From an uncultured Acidobacteriota bacterium (lineage in GTDB: Bacteria > Acidobacteriota > Thermoanaerobaculia > Multivoradales > UBA5704), in the NCBI GenBank assembly GCA_963756595.1, contig CAVWOZ010000057.1:24707-88706 (forward strand): a stretch of DNA of 64,000 nt, read 5' to 3'. Below, one piece after another: positions 50,401 through 61,036 of the stretch. The notes under the pieces were generated by a model. The model saw only the letters and a program-made list of their open reading frames with translations, did no database searches and was not told the DNA's origin. Numbering within the stretch: the stretch's first letter is position 1; each line of letters begins with the position of its first letter. Both the position numbers and the translations under genes were made by a program.

Positions 50401-52982
50401 CACGTACTCGAACCCCGCCGGCTGCCCCGGCGTGGCGAACCCTTCCTCCGGAGTGGTCCCGCCGCCGGCCCGCCGCAGCCCGACGTAATACGGATAGGGA
50501 TGCACCTGGAGGCGCTGCATCGCCGCCACCCCGCGCCCCCCCTGCTCCTGGACCCGCGCCGTGATCACCGCCTCGAGCGACGAGGGGACCGGCGCCCCGG
50601 CCGGCATCTCGACCTTGAACTTGGAGCCCCCCTCGTCGTCCAGCTTGCCGGTGGTGGAGAGCACTTCCTTGTCGTCCAGCTTGCGGTCGGCGTTCCGGAA
50701 CGAGAACGTCTCGTACCCCTTGGGGGCGAACGTCGAGTCGGCGAGCCGCACCCGCGTCTCGACCGGCAGCCCCGCCGCCGGCGCCCCGAACAGGTAGCTC
50801 GAATTCACCTGGTACTCGAGCGTCTGCCCCGGCCCGATGTTCGCCTTGGGCGGCACGATCGCCACCGAGATCCGGTCCGGCACGAACTCCTCGACGTGGA
50901 ACCGGTACTGGCCGATCACCTTCTGCGCCACCTCCAGCTCCAGCGTGTGCACGCCGGTCAGCGAATAGGCGGGAAGGGCGAGCTCGAAGGGGGCCAAGCC
51001 CTTGTCGCCGATCATCAAACGCCGCGTCTCGATCTCTCGCCCCTGCGGATCGCGGTGGCGCAGCAGCGCCGGCATCGTGGGGGGGATGTGGAGCGCGCCG
51101 TCGCGCACCACCGTCAATCCCTTCAGGGTCTCCCCCGGCCGGTAGAGATCGCGCTCGCCGTAGAGGAACGCCGTGTACCCCTCCCCCGCGGCCTCGGCGC
51201 CGCCGACGTCGAGCCCGGTCGAGTCGATGGTCATCGTATGGAGGAGGAGGAAGGTGAAGTCGTCCCCCTTCTCGATCGTCACCATGTAGGGGGTCCCCTT
51301 GGCGAGCGCCTTGGGATCGGCTTTTCCGGAAATAGTCCTCCACACCCCCGTCCCGTCCGTCCGCCCGGAGGCCATCACCTGGTTCTGGTCCGAGATCAGG
51401 GTGACCTTGGCGTCTCCCACCGCCGCGAGGTCCTTGAGCGACGACACCCAGACCAGGAATTCCCCCGCCGGCCCGCGCTTGGCCACGGCGCCGAGGTCGG
51501 TCAGCAGCAGCCAGCGCTGCGCCGCCTCCTCCGAATCCGGCTGCCCCACCGAGACGCGGTAGAGGCCGGGCTCCTTGGTATTGATCCACTTGTCGAGGGC
51601 GAGCGGGAAGGTCCGCTTCTTGTTCTTGCCGCCGCCGACGTTCAGCGTCACCTCCTTGAGGCGGTCGCCGAGGGCGTGCTGGAGCTCGCCGACGTAGCCG
51701 CTCTCCTCCTCGAAGAAGCCGCCGTACGTGAAGAGGAAGAAGAGGTTGTTGAGATAGACGCGGTCGATCGTCATCTTGACCTTGGGGACGTTAACCGCCT
51801 CCATGGCCACGGCATGCTTGCCGCCGGACCACAGGAACATCCCCTGGCTCTGGAAGCCGACCGTGGGGTCGAGGTCCGGCAGGTCGACCTCCTGCTCGAA
51901 CGGCTTCTGGAGCACCGCCTCGTCGGTGGCGGGCATCCCCTGGGCGATCTTCAGCGTGTAGCTCTCGCCGGGGGTCATCTCGCCGGTGATCGAGAGCTCC
52001 GTGCGGTCGGCGGCGAAGCGCGGTTTGTTGTTGCCGCCCGGCGCCGGCTCGATCGTCACGTACTTCTCCGCCACGGCGGCCGAGACCGGGGAGGAGAAGG
52101 TGACCTTGAGCGTCGACTCGCGCGGCCCCGGCTGCGTCTCCACCTTGCGCACGGCGAGCTGCGTGCTCGAGCCGACCGCGATCTCCTTCCTGTACTCCTC
52201 GCCGAGCGGCACGTTCCCCTGCGCCGGGGTGAGGGATGGGGCGATCGTCAGCTCGATCTTCCGCTCCTCCTTCCGCTTCTGCACCGGCTCCGTGCGGTAG
52301 CCCACGACCTGGCTGTTGTACTCCGTCTCCAGGGTGACCGCCGTCCCCCCCGGCTTGTCCGGATCGGCCAGCTTGACCAGGGGAGCGAGCGTCTTGGGAT
52401 CGACCGCGTAGTTGAACCGCAGCTCCCCCCGGAACACCACCTTCCCCTTCCCCTCGAGCGCCGGCTCCTCGAGGACGGTCACCTCCTCGACCAGGAACTT
52501 GTCCGTCTTGACCGTGAGCTCCGTCTCGCCGCTGAACACCTGCGTCCCGCTCACCACCTTCGCCGGATCGAGCTCCACCTTGTACTCGCTGGCCACCGGC
52601 AGCCCACCGCTCGGCGTGAACCGTAAAGCATTGGTGTCCTGCCACTTCCAGGACCCGCCCAACGCCGGAAAGATCTTCGCCGGAGCCGGATCGAGCACCT
52701 CCCCCACCTTCCCCTGTCCCAAAGGCTTGTCGAACAAGACATCGAAGTACTGCCGCCCCTGCCGGTCCACCACCACATCAAACACCGAAACCGTCTCCCC
52801 CCCTTCGCCCCCGCCTTGAACTTCGCGAGCGCCTTGGAGAGGGGGGCGCGGAAGGCGTAGGCGGACATGGAGAGGAAGAGGAGGGCGAGGACGCCGATGA
52901 GGACGTCCTTCCAGTGGAGGCGGCGGAGGGCGGCGAGGAGCCGGGACGGGAGGTTTTCCCGCGTTGAGAGGGTAGGGGTCAT
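47473..52982 (-). CDS. yfhM: Bacterial alpha-2-macroglobulin (YfhM-like), ~1835 aa, with a frameshift near 52800.
   Basis: N-terminal signal-anchor MTPTLSTRENLPSRLLAALRRLHWKDVLIGVLALLFLSMSAYA. Thioester motif CLEQ in ...PYGCLEQTTSSAFPLIY... MG domains throughout. Classic pbpC-yfhM pairing. Confidence 0.85.
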
Positions 52983-53542
52983 GGCGGACGCTCCTAAGGG
53001 ATGGGGGTGGATGCTACAGGAAGTGCGTGGTCTGGGAGGGAGAGAGATTCTACGGCAGGCATATTAGGTCAGGCCAAGTCAGGGGGAGATTTTCGCGGAG
53101 GTCCTTGAATTTCTTCGCGTCCGCGAGTTTACCGACCGAGACTTCGCTGCTGGATAGGGGTCCCAACTTGGTGGCCGTTCCCGTATGACAGCCAGAGGCT
53201 CGGGATAGCTACATGGCGACTTCTATCTCCCTCGAGCTAAACGCCAGACCACCCATAGCGTTAGTGTGTGGTTCACAAAAGAACGTTGTATGAATTGGTG
53301 ATGAAGAAGGGAGCAAGCTGCTGTTCTTACCTAGTTGGACAGGCCCTTTCCTCCTTACATCAGGTCGAGGATTCGGCGTCGTCAAATAGACGAATGCGCA
53401 TGTGCGTTACCCAACTCGGGCAAGGTCTTGAATTGGCGGGCATCTCCAAGTAATATGCGAGAATAAACAAGCGCCGCGGAGTCCTAGGGTTTGTTGGGGG
53501 ACAACTTGTCTAACTGGTTCAGGCTTTCGCTATGAGGTAGCC

Positions 53543-54571
53543 GTGACGACACCGAGAGTGCAGCTCCCTGAAGAGGCAGCGATCCTGTTTAGAGAAGCTC
53601 TCCATCCGAGTCCTGCCGAGAATGCGCTGCTTGAGCTTGACAAGCTCTATCAATTCCTTAAGAAGGCCTTTGCTCCGGGCCCGTCAGAAAAGCACAACCC
53701 TGATAGATTTGATGTATTGCTAAATTTGGCTCTCCATAATCCCCCCGACCCGGAAAAAGGGGCTAAGATCCTTGATCTGGGTTCCGGTGACTGCCTTCTT
53801 CTGGAGAAATTACTCAAAAGTCATAAAAAGAAGAAACACTATAAAAAGCCGTTGCGATATGTTGCAATTGATCGGATTTATAGCTCTGAGAATCCTCGAT
53901 GGAAGAGTTTAGAGAGGCAAGCTAAGGTCTGCGACAGGTCATGCTTCGCCTGCCTAAAGCTTATTAATTTTGACATGCATCAACATGAAATTCTAAGTTG
54001 TATTCTTGGAGGCTTGGGGGAGACGTTCAATATAATCTATCTGTCCAACGTCCTTCACGAAATTGACCCTTCGGGTTTGTTCAATATCCTAAATGTCATA
54101 GCGAGGTACCTCGACCAAGATGGAAGAATTGTTGTCTTAGATCCGGCCGTCGAGTGGTGCTTGGCTCCATGGCCAGATAACGTTTCCATCGAGCACGTCA
54201 AGGTTGAATGGGAGGCGGAAGCCGTCTGGTATTCAGCAGAGACTATTACCGAAGTCTTAGAAGCCGCCGGATTCAGTGTCTCCGATCCTACGGAGGCAGA
54301 GCGTACGTCAAATCTGTGGCAAGTCGTTGGGACGGTGCACCCTAGCCGCGAAGCTTCCTGTTCCGAAGCGCATAAGATAATTGAGGCTTTTGTCTCCTCT
54401 CAGCTCGAGACAGAGGCAGAGAAGTGTGTAGACCTTAGGCATCATGTTAAGGCAGGTTTCGTTAATTCGGGGAACATGACTCCTGAGTTGGTCTCAAAAT
54501 TTATGGAATTCTTCTGCGTCTGCGCATCCCAGCATCGAAGGCTTGAAGTTCTCAGAAAGCTATCACAATGA
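53543..54571 (+). CDS. Class I SAM-dependent methyltransferase (low-GC island gene 1).
   Basis: Motif I ILDLGSGDCLL. Motif II/III ...IYLSNVLHEIDP..., ...DGRIVVLDP... GC about 47%. Its stop overlaps the next ATG (ATGA). Confidence 0.7.
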   Translation: MTTPRVQLPEEAAILFREALHPSPAENALLELDKLYQFLKKAFAPGPSEKHNPDRFDVLLNLALHNPPDPEKGAKILDLGSGDCLLLEKLLKSHKKKKHYKKPLRYVAIDRIYSSENPRWKSLERQAKVCDRSCFACLKLINFDMHQHEILSCILGGLGETFNIIYLSNVLHEIDPSGLFNILNVIARYLDQDGRIVVLDPAVEWCLAPWPDNVSIEHVKVEWEAEAVWYSAETITEVLEAAGFSVSDPTEAERTSNLWQVVGTVHPSREASCSEAHKIIEAFVSSQLETEAEKCVDLRHHVKAGFVNSGNMTPELVSKFMEFFCVCASQHRRLEVLRKLSQ

Positions 54572-56115
54572 AAGCCATTAGCTCTATATTCTCAGAATTC
54601 ACGGAATTGTATGCGTCTATCTCTGGGGATGCAAGTTTAAGTTCTCACGATATAAGATCAAAGGTACTTGCCCAAAAAAATCTTTTCACTGCGGCGTCGA
54701 GGATAATACTTCAATCTCGGGGCGACGTGGTCAAGAATTTAACACCTGCCGAGTGTAAGTCCTATGCCGAGCTTAAAGCAGTTCTGCTTTTAAGTGTCGG
54801 AAACGAGAAAGATCAAAAATCTATAGTGGACGTAATGAAAAAAGAACTCTCGCTCATGCTTCGTCTCGATTCCGTTGCTTCTAGAGAGATCGGAGGAGTT
54901 TTGCTCGGTTGCTTGATATTGGGATTGGATGACCTTCCATCGGAAACCGTTGCGCATATTTTAGAGTTTCTGGCTGCTGCTTCAGGACGTCAAGAAGGTG
55001 TCCGCTCCACGATTAGAAGTCCAGAATCGGGAATATCAAGGGAAGTTTCCTTTCGCCTTTCTCAGCTCCTCAATCTAGGTCTGGCCAGCGAGGTTTTTTC
55101 CTTTCTGGATTTTGCCGAAACAGTACCCAAAGTCTCTTTAAGTGAGTTGATGGATGCATCTGTCTTGGCGGTGGGATCGAGAAAGGGAGGAGTCGGAAAA
55201 TCAACCATAATCATGGCTATTCTGCTATGGTATTTAGGAGCTGCCAGTGGAGAGGTTTGTGTTGTCGATTTCGACGTGACCGGGCCGGTATGGCAGTATC
55301 TCCTTTCTCCGGATGGTCGATCTAACGTTGGTGAGCCCATCCCCTACCTCAACACGCTGTTCAACATAGAGCAGTCAGACAAAAGCTTTAATTTCGGGGC
55401 TCCTGGAGCCGCGGAAGTCCTCGCGTGTGTTGCTCCGATTACTTTGCCGCGCGTCGGGAAGAATATTGGCTTACTAACTCTCGCTGATTGGCCGAGAACC
55501 AACAGGTACCTAGTGCAAGCGATTTCAAACAATCGGACTTCATTCATAGAATTTCTTGACGCGCTAATCTCTGGGCTCTCCACTAGGTATAAGCTAATTC
55601 TGATCGACAATTCGCCAGGATTTGACCCTCACTCACTCTTGACGTTAGTTTATGTTGGACAACTGCCGAGAGGCTGCCCGGTTATTATCAGCACTCCGTT
55701 CATCCCAGATATCCGAGGAACTCTATTGGAGCTAGGGGATTTGAGGCTAGTTCCTATGAGGCGGCCTCCGGTGTGGTTTGTAAATAAGGCTAATCAGCGC
55801 GTCAGAGATTTCTTTGGTGCCCCGCATAACCTATTAGAGATAGCCGAGGAAACGCGCTCCTACGCCGAGTTTCTACCTGAAGCCCCGATTCTTGGTCGTG
55901 CCTTAAATCAGTCAAGGGTTAAACTGAGTACGGTTACTCTTCCTTTCGATGCTGACTTGGTTGGCCAAGGGGGGCTAATGGAGTCGGGAGTGTTAGAGGA
56001 TGAGTCAATCGGTAAATTTACATCCTCGGATTTCTTCAGACACTTAAAAGGTCTCATGGGCGCCGAAGGGTCACCCCTAGCGGCGTGGGATACCCTTCTG
56101 AGGGGAGCTCTATGA
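54568..56115 (+). CDS. ParA/MinD-family P-loop ATPase (deviant Walker A) with a ~200-aa N-terminal domain of unknown function (island gene 2).
   Basis: VGSRKGGVGKSTI is the deviant Walker A (KGGxGK[ST]). LILIDNSPGFD is the Walker B-like segment. N-terminal residues 1-190 match no known family. Translationally coupled on both sides. Confidence 0.65.
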   Translation: MKAISSIFSEFTELYASISGDASLSSHDIRSKVLAQKNLFTAASRIILQSRGDVVKNLTPAECKSYAELKAVLLLSVGNEKDQKSIVDVMKKELSLMLRLDSVASREIGGVLLGCLILGLDDLPSETVAHILEFLAAASGRQEGVRSTIRSPESGISREVSFRLSQLLNLGLASEVFSFLDFAETVPKVSLSELMDASVLAVGSRKGGVGKSTIIMAILLWYLGAASGEVCVVDFDVTGPVWQYLLSPDGRSNVGEPIPYLNTLFNIEQSDKSFNFGAPGAAEVLACVAPITLPRVGKNIGLLTLADWPRTNRYLVQAISNNRTSFIEFLDALISGLSTRYKLILIDNSPGFDPHSLLTLVYVGQLPRGCPVIISTPFIPDIRGTLLELGDLRLVPMRRPPVWFVNKANQRVRDFFGAPHNLLEIAEETRSYAEFLPEAPILGRALNQSRVKLSTVTLPFDADLVGQGGLMESGVLEDESIGKFTSSDFFRHLKGLMGAEGSPLAAWDTLLRGAL

Positions 56116-57479
56116 ACGTAGACTTTGGGTTGAGCCTATCTTTCTTTCTAATATATGCGGCCATTGCGGTGATTATCGGCATCTTCGCTTCCCGAAAGGA
56201 GAGCGAAGAGGACTTTATGATCGCCGATCGTAAGGTGGGCGGCATTCAGATGGTCGCGACCATGACAGCTGGAGTGTTTGATGGTGCTGCGCTATCGATC
56301 TATATTGCCTATGTTTACCAGTTTGGTTTTTCGGCGCTGTGGTTTTTTGTAGGAATTTCCCTGGGCTTTTTACTGTTCCGCCAGCTTGCGTCCAAGATAA
56401 AGGTAAAAGCCGATTCAATGGGCGTTTATTCCATGCCTGAATACTTTTATAGGTTATTCGGTTCCAGGAACGGCGTTATGTTCTCGATTTTCCTCTGCCT
56501 CCAGTTTTTTGTGTACCTGGTGGTTAATTTTATAATAAGCGGCAAGGTGCTGGCCCAAATATTCCCCTTCCTTGGCTATGGTGGCTCAGTTGTAGTCGGA
56601 GGCTGTATTATTTTGAGCTATCTTCTTATGGCAGGGTTTAAGGCAGTTGTGCGGACTGATTTCTACCAATTTCTGATTATGATATTGATGACAGTTTGTG
56701 TTGGGTATTATTTGAGCAGGAAATCGGAAATTAGAGTAACCGATTTAGATCTCTCAGGGATGGGGGTCGGCAATACTCTCGGATTCCTCGTACTGGCGGG
56801 TTTGGGTGTGCTTGTGGCTCCAGACCTTTGGCAGCGGGTATTCGCGGCCAAAGATCAAAAGAATCTCAGAAGGGGGTTTGGTTATGGAGCGTTGATTCTG
56901 CCTCTTCTGGCCATAATCGTTACCACCGTAGGGCTGGCCACCAAGCGGGCCAATTTGAACATTCAGCCCGAAGATGCTTTGGTTGCGGGATTTTCACGAC
57001 TACTCCCATATGGAATTAAAGAATTTGGCCTCGTTCTTCTCTACGCGGTCGCACTATCGTCTTCAGACACTGTGACTTTCGTTGTCTCTAGTATAATAAC
57101 GAGAGACTTGAAGAACTACACCAGTCGCTTCACCGACGAATCAATGAAGAAAATGACGCGGTTTTCTATGATTGGCTTTGTGATCTTGGCTCTGGCAATA
57201 GCGGTCGTGTACCAGAAAATTCTCGCACTCGCATTTTCTCTGTTGAGCTTAAATCTGGCATTGTTCCCCGTAGTTTTCGGGTCCTTCTTTTGGCGCTTGA
57301 ACAGGTCTGCCGTCTTCTGGAGCTTGGTTGTCACTCTCCTCTTTGTGATTACACTGAGCGTTGCTAGCTCGTTGACTCCAGAAACCGCTACGCTTTCGCT
57401 GCCCGTAGCCCTTATTTCACTCCTAATATTTCAGTTTCTTCCTCGTCTATATGAGCGTGTGCGCGCGCGCCTTTCTTAG
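56112..57479 (+). CDS. Sodium:solute symporter (SSS) family transporter (island gene 3).
   Basis: AGGGGAG RBS. ...DFMIADRKVGGIQMVATMTAGVFDGAALS... is the SSS signature. About 13 TM helices. Confidence 0.75.
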   Translation: MNVDFGLSLSFFLIYAAIAVIIGIFASRKESEEDFMIADRKVGGIQMVATMTAGVFDGAALSIYIAYVYQFGFSALWFFVGISLGFLLFRQLASKIKVKADSMGVYSMPEYFYRLFGSRNGVMFSIFLCLQFFVYLVVNFIISGKVLAQIFPFLGYGGSVVVGGCIILSYLLMAGFKAVVRTDFYQFLIMILMTVCVGYYLSRKSEIRVTDLDLSGMGVGNTLGFLVLAGLGVLVAPDLWQRVFAAKDQKNLRRGFGYGALILPLLAIIVTTVGLATKRANLNIQPEDALVAGFSRLLPYGIKEFGLVLLYAVALSSSDTVTFVVSSIITRDLKNYTSRFTDESMKKMTRFSMIGFVILALAIAVVYQKILALAFSLLSLNLALFPVVFGSFFWRLNRSAVFWSLVVTLLFVITLSVASSLTPETATLSLPVALISLLIFQFLPRLYERVRARLS

Positions 57480-57533
57480 GTTGGCATAAGGTTGGCATAT
57501 CGCGCTTGTACGTCTTGACAAGGTTGTCGTGGG

Positions 57534-58877
57534 TTATCGTGCGTATTCAAGAACCTCCAGCCCATTGAGGGAGAGAAGTTCGGCGCGCACAGCCTTCAAG
57601 GTTTCCAGATCAACATTTGTATGGTTCTGAAGGAATAAATTTCTCATATCATCTGAGTCATAGAAGAAAGGGTTGGAGATCCAAGGCTTCTTCTGATCGA
57701 TGTCCTGAGTGAATGGAGCCCATAAGGGGCTCCCTGGCAAGGGGAGAACGATGTTGCAGTAGCAGCGAACTCCGGGAAATGATCGAAGTTCAGCGAACAA
57801 AGAACGTGTTTCTTCGATACTCTCCAGATCCTCTCCGATCAATCCGATTACAAAGGAAGCGTAAATGCCGATGCCTCGTGAGCAAAGGCTTTCCACTGCG
57901 GACAGTATTCGCTCGCGGGTGTAGAATTTACCGTTCATTTTGAGTATTCTAGGTGAGCCGGATTCAATGCCGAGTAAGGCTTGGTCAATATTGACAGCCG
58001 CCATAAGTTCGGCGGAGCTATCGTTTATATCTCGGACATCGGCGAACACATGCATCCTGAAGTCCAGATCGGAAAGGTGGTCAGTGAAGTAGTGGAGGTA
58101 ATCATTAGTCCATGCGCGCTGCACCCAGGTATCAGACATATCGAGGATGTAATCAACATCATAGAGTTCGATGAGGGTGCGAATTTCATGGCCAAAGAGA
58201 TTGATGTCTCGCTCCCTCCAGCCCGTCTTGTCAATGCGAGCGCAAAAACTGCATGCTCGTGGACAACCGCGCCGTGAGTAAAGATTGGTGGGCCGCTCGC
58301 AAATGATGTTTTTCATCGTATTGGACAGGGCAAATTGAGAAATGTAATCCTCCGGAATAAGTCCGCCGATAGTCCTGTCTATAAAGGGCACGACAGATAG
58401 GTCTTCCTTAATAGATTCCGTGTAGCGAACCTGGCCTTCATTTTTAAATGCGAGATTAGGAACTGCCCGAAGATCTAGTCGCTGCGGATTCGCTGACTTA
58501 GTCAATGCTCTGATAGCTGGTTCCCCATCGCCGACGACAACGGCGTCTATGTCCGGATGCGACGCCAGTACCGCTGCATTAGCCGTTGCCGCTTGGCCAC
58601 CTGATATTACGAGTGCTCCAGACCGTCGTGCCTGGGCAGCTATTCTCCCGGCAGAGGAGGCCGAAAGGATGGTATAGGCTAGGCCTACAATGTCGGCGCT
58701 TCCATCGAGCCGCTCTAAAATGGTAGAGAGGGATAGCAGTGTTCCGTCGAGAATTTCTACCTCATATAGATCTCTATTGGCTGCCGCAGCTACAGAGAGT
58801 AGATCGACTGGCATGTACCATTTGTCGACTAGATACTCTGGTGAATCTAGGGGGGCCTTTATCAGTTGGAGTTTCAT
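57534..58877 (-). CDS. B12-binding-domain radical SAM protein (class B rSAM; methyltransferase-like), island gene 4, convergent.
   Basis: N-terminal cobalamin-binding-like domain (...ADIVGLAYTILSAS...VISGGQAATA...). Radical SAM core CPRACSFC (CxxxCxxC), ...ILDMSDTW..., ...ALLGIESGSPRILKMN... Confidence 0.8.
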   Translation of the reverse strand: MKLQLIKAPLDSPEYLVDKWYMPVDLLSVAAAANRDLYEVEILDGTLLSLSTILERLDGSADIVGLAYTILSASSAGRIAAQARRSGALVISGGQAATANAAVLASHPDIDAVVVGDGEPAIRALTKSANPQRLDLRAVPNLAFKNEGQVRYTESIKEDLSVVPFIDRTIGGLIPEDYISQFALSNTMKNIICERPTNLYSRRGCPRACSFCARIDKTGWRERDINLFGHEIRTLIELYDVDYILDMSDTWVQRAWTNDYLHYFTDHLSDLDFRMHVFADVRDINDSSAELMAAVNIDQALLGIESGSPRILKMNGKFYTRERILSAVESLCSRGIGIYASFVIGLIGEDLESIEETRSLFAELRSFPGVRCYCNIVLPLPGSPLWAPFTQDIDQKKPWISNPFFYDSDDMRNLFLQNHTNVDLETLKAVRAELLSLNGLEVLEYAR

Positions 58878-59085
58878 GTGGCGTCCCTTTCAGGGTAGGG
58901 AGGTTAGAGTACGCCCTAGAATACCTCAACTGCCGCGTCCTGGCTCGTTCACTCTCATTCCGGGGAGGTCGCCGGGTGCTCTCCTGCTGTCGGCCTCCGC
59001 CAGAAATCCAGTAAGCGTACGGTGAACCCCATGTCGGCCCGGTCGGGTCCCACGCCGTCCGGAGGGCGGGGGCGGTCAGGCGGCC

Positions 59086-59225
59086 TGTGGGGCGACCTGG
59101 GAGAGCTTCCAGGCCTGCGGGGTGAGCTCAGCGAGGGCGGCCGGGGAGTGGGTGGGGAGCCGCTCCAGGACGTCGCGCAGGTAGGCGTAGGGGTCGATCT
59201 TCAGCCTGGCGCCCGGAAGAGGCGC
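59086..59225 (-). pseudogene. Remnant of an IS66-family transposase (C-terminal ~45 codons only).
   Basis: The reverse strand reads ...ARLKIDPYAYLRDVLERLPTHSPAALAELTPQAWKLSQVAPQAA*, matching the conserved IS66 TnpC C-terminus (DPxAYLxDVLERL...ELLP..W). A tandem 15-bp duplication lies immediately upstream. Confidence 0.55.
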
Positions 59226-59489
59226 CCGGGAAGAGGTGCCACCCGAAAAGTTGAAGGTAGCCGCGCTTCGGCCGGCGACCGCGGCTGAAAATGGGGGGCG
59301 AGGTGATCGTCGCGGGCTTCTTGGGCGATGGTGGGGTCGCTGGGGCGCGGTTTAGAGGCGATTTGCCGGGTCGGCGACCTCGAATGCGCGGTTTCCGGGC
59401 TCGTCTGGACACACGTATCCCAGGGCTCTCTGTCCCGAGAGCTGGGATGTGGGGAGTCTTCAAGCCGCGACGGCGATCCGCCGCCTATC

Positions 59490-60550
59490 CGCCCACGAAG
59501 GGCAGCGGCGGCGGGAAGCAGCCCATGGGGAAGGGCGGGTCGCGGTGCCCGGCGCGGAGCTTCTCGGCGGCGCTCCGGTAGGCGGCGACGAAGAGGAAGT
59601 AGGCGTTGCGCAGCTCGCGGCGGACGGCGCGGCTCGCGGCGTGGACGGCCGGCGCGGGCGAGCGCTTGGTCTTGAGGGGACGACTTTCGGGGCTCTGGGC
59701 CAGGATGGCCGCGGGACCGAGGGCCGGCACTCCGGTCCGCTCCCGGCGGTCGGCGGCTTCCGCTTCGATCTCCGACACCATGGCGACGGCGAGCTCCTGC
59801 CGCTTCTCCGGCGGGAGGTGCTTCCAGCAGGGGAGGGGAGCGAGCTCCAGGGTTTCGCGGGTCGCATACTGGTAGGTGCCGAAGGACTCGCCGCGGCGGC
59901 GGGCGAGGTACTCCTGGGTGCGGTCGAACCACCAACCCTCGAGAGTCTTGCCGGTGGTCAGAGCCTCGACGCAGTGGACTCCCGGCCAGTCCCGAAGGCG
60001 TTCGACCAGATTCTCCTTGCAGCCGTGGCTGAGGACGTACCGGAGTCGCGCGATCTGCGCCTCGGGCTCGTCGCTGATCTAGATCGCCTGGTACCGGCGG
60101 CCGAAGATCTTCTCCCGCCAACCGGTCAGCCGGCCGATCTCGCGGGCGACCTTGGAGAGGAAGTAATTCGCCGGAGAGCTCCAGGACCCCCCGGGGCACG
60201 GAGGGACCCTCGTCTCCGGGGTGGCGGACGACGATTCCATGGACCGGCGCGGGAAGGGGCACGACGCTGACGACCGGCGTCGTGCGGAGATATCCGACCC
60301 CCCAGGGGCGCCAGCTCATCGGCGGCAAGCTCTTTTCCTGACCCGCGACGAACCAGCGCAACTCCAAGGGCAGACGGAGCAGCCCATCGCCCGGCCCGCC
60401 CGGTCCCATCGCGGCGTCGAGGACCGGCGCGTTGAGCGGGGGCGCCGCCTCGAGCTCGGTTGGATTTCCCAGCGCTCCGGCCTTGCCGACCGGGAAGACC
60501 TCGAGAGTGTCCGTCTGGAGAAGGTAGACCTGACCCTCAGCGTCGGCCTG
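59490..60550 (-). CDS. Hypothetical protein (possibly mobile-element-associated), frameshifted near 60100.
   Basis: ...QVYLLQTDTLEVFPVGKAGALGNPTELEAAPPLNAPVLDAAMGPGG...MSWRPWGVGYLRTTPVVSVVPLPAPVHGIVVRHPGDEGPSVPRGVLELSGE then .NYFLSKVAREIGRLTGWREKIFGRRYQAI.ISDEPEAQIARLRYVLSHGCKENLVERLRDWPGVHCVEALTTGKTLEGWWFDRTQEYLARRRGESFGTYQYATRETLELAPLPCWKHLPPEKRQELAVAMVSEIEAEAADRRERTGVPALGPAAILAQSPESRPLKTKRSPAPAVHAASRAVRRELRNAYFLFVAAYRSAAEKLRAGHRDPPFPMG... Confidence 0.35.
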
Positions 60551-61036
60551 GACCTTCTGCGGTTGGAGCCGAGTAGCCCTCTCTCGCCCGGCTCGCGGTG
60601 CCGCTTTTCGACCTGCGCCCGCTGGATCGCGGTCTCTCCCCTCCGCTCCCGCGTCTCCTCCCCCTGAAATTTTGCTTCCGGGAATCAGGGGGAGCATGCC
60701 GCCCCTCGTTTTTCGGTCCCTCCCCTCGTTCCCGGCTCGCTCCCTCTGATTCCCTGTCTTCGGGAATGAGGGGGAGCTGACGAAAAACGAGAGGGAGGGT
60801 CCGGGGAGTCAGGGGGAGCGGCTGAAAGATAGAGGGGAGGTCATCGGGAACGAGAGGGGGGAGGCGAAAAACTGGGTACTGGGTCTTTTTGAAATTTGGG
60901 CGGGTGGGGCCGGCCCCCATCTGCGCCAGGGTAAGCCCGGCTCCGTTGGGCCACCTGCCCGGTGAGCGCGGACTATACGTTTGTATAGTTTGGGTGTAAG
61001 ATCGGGAGGTGCGGTACGTTGTAGGGCAAGCCCCCC

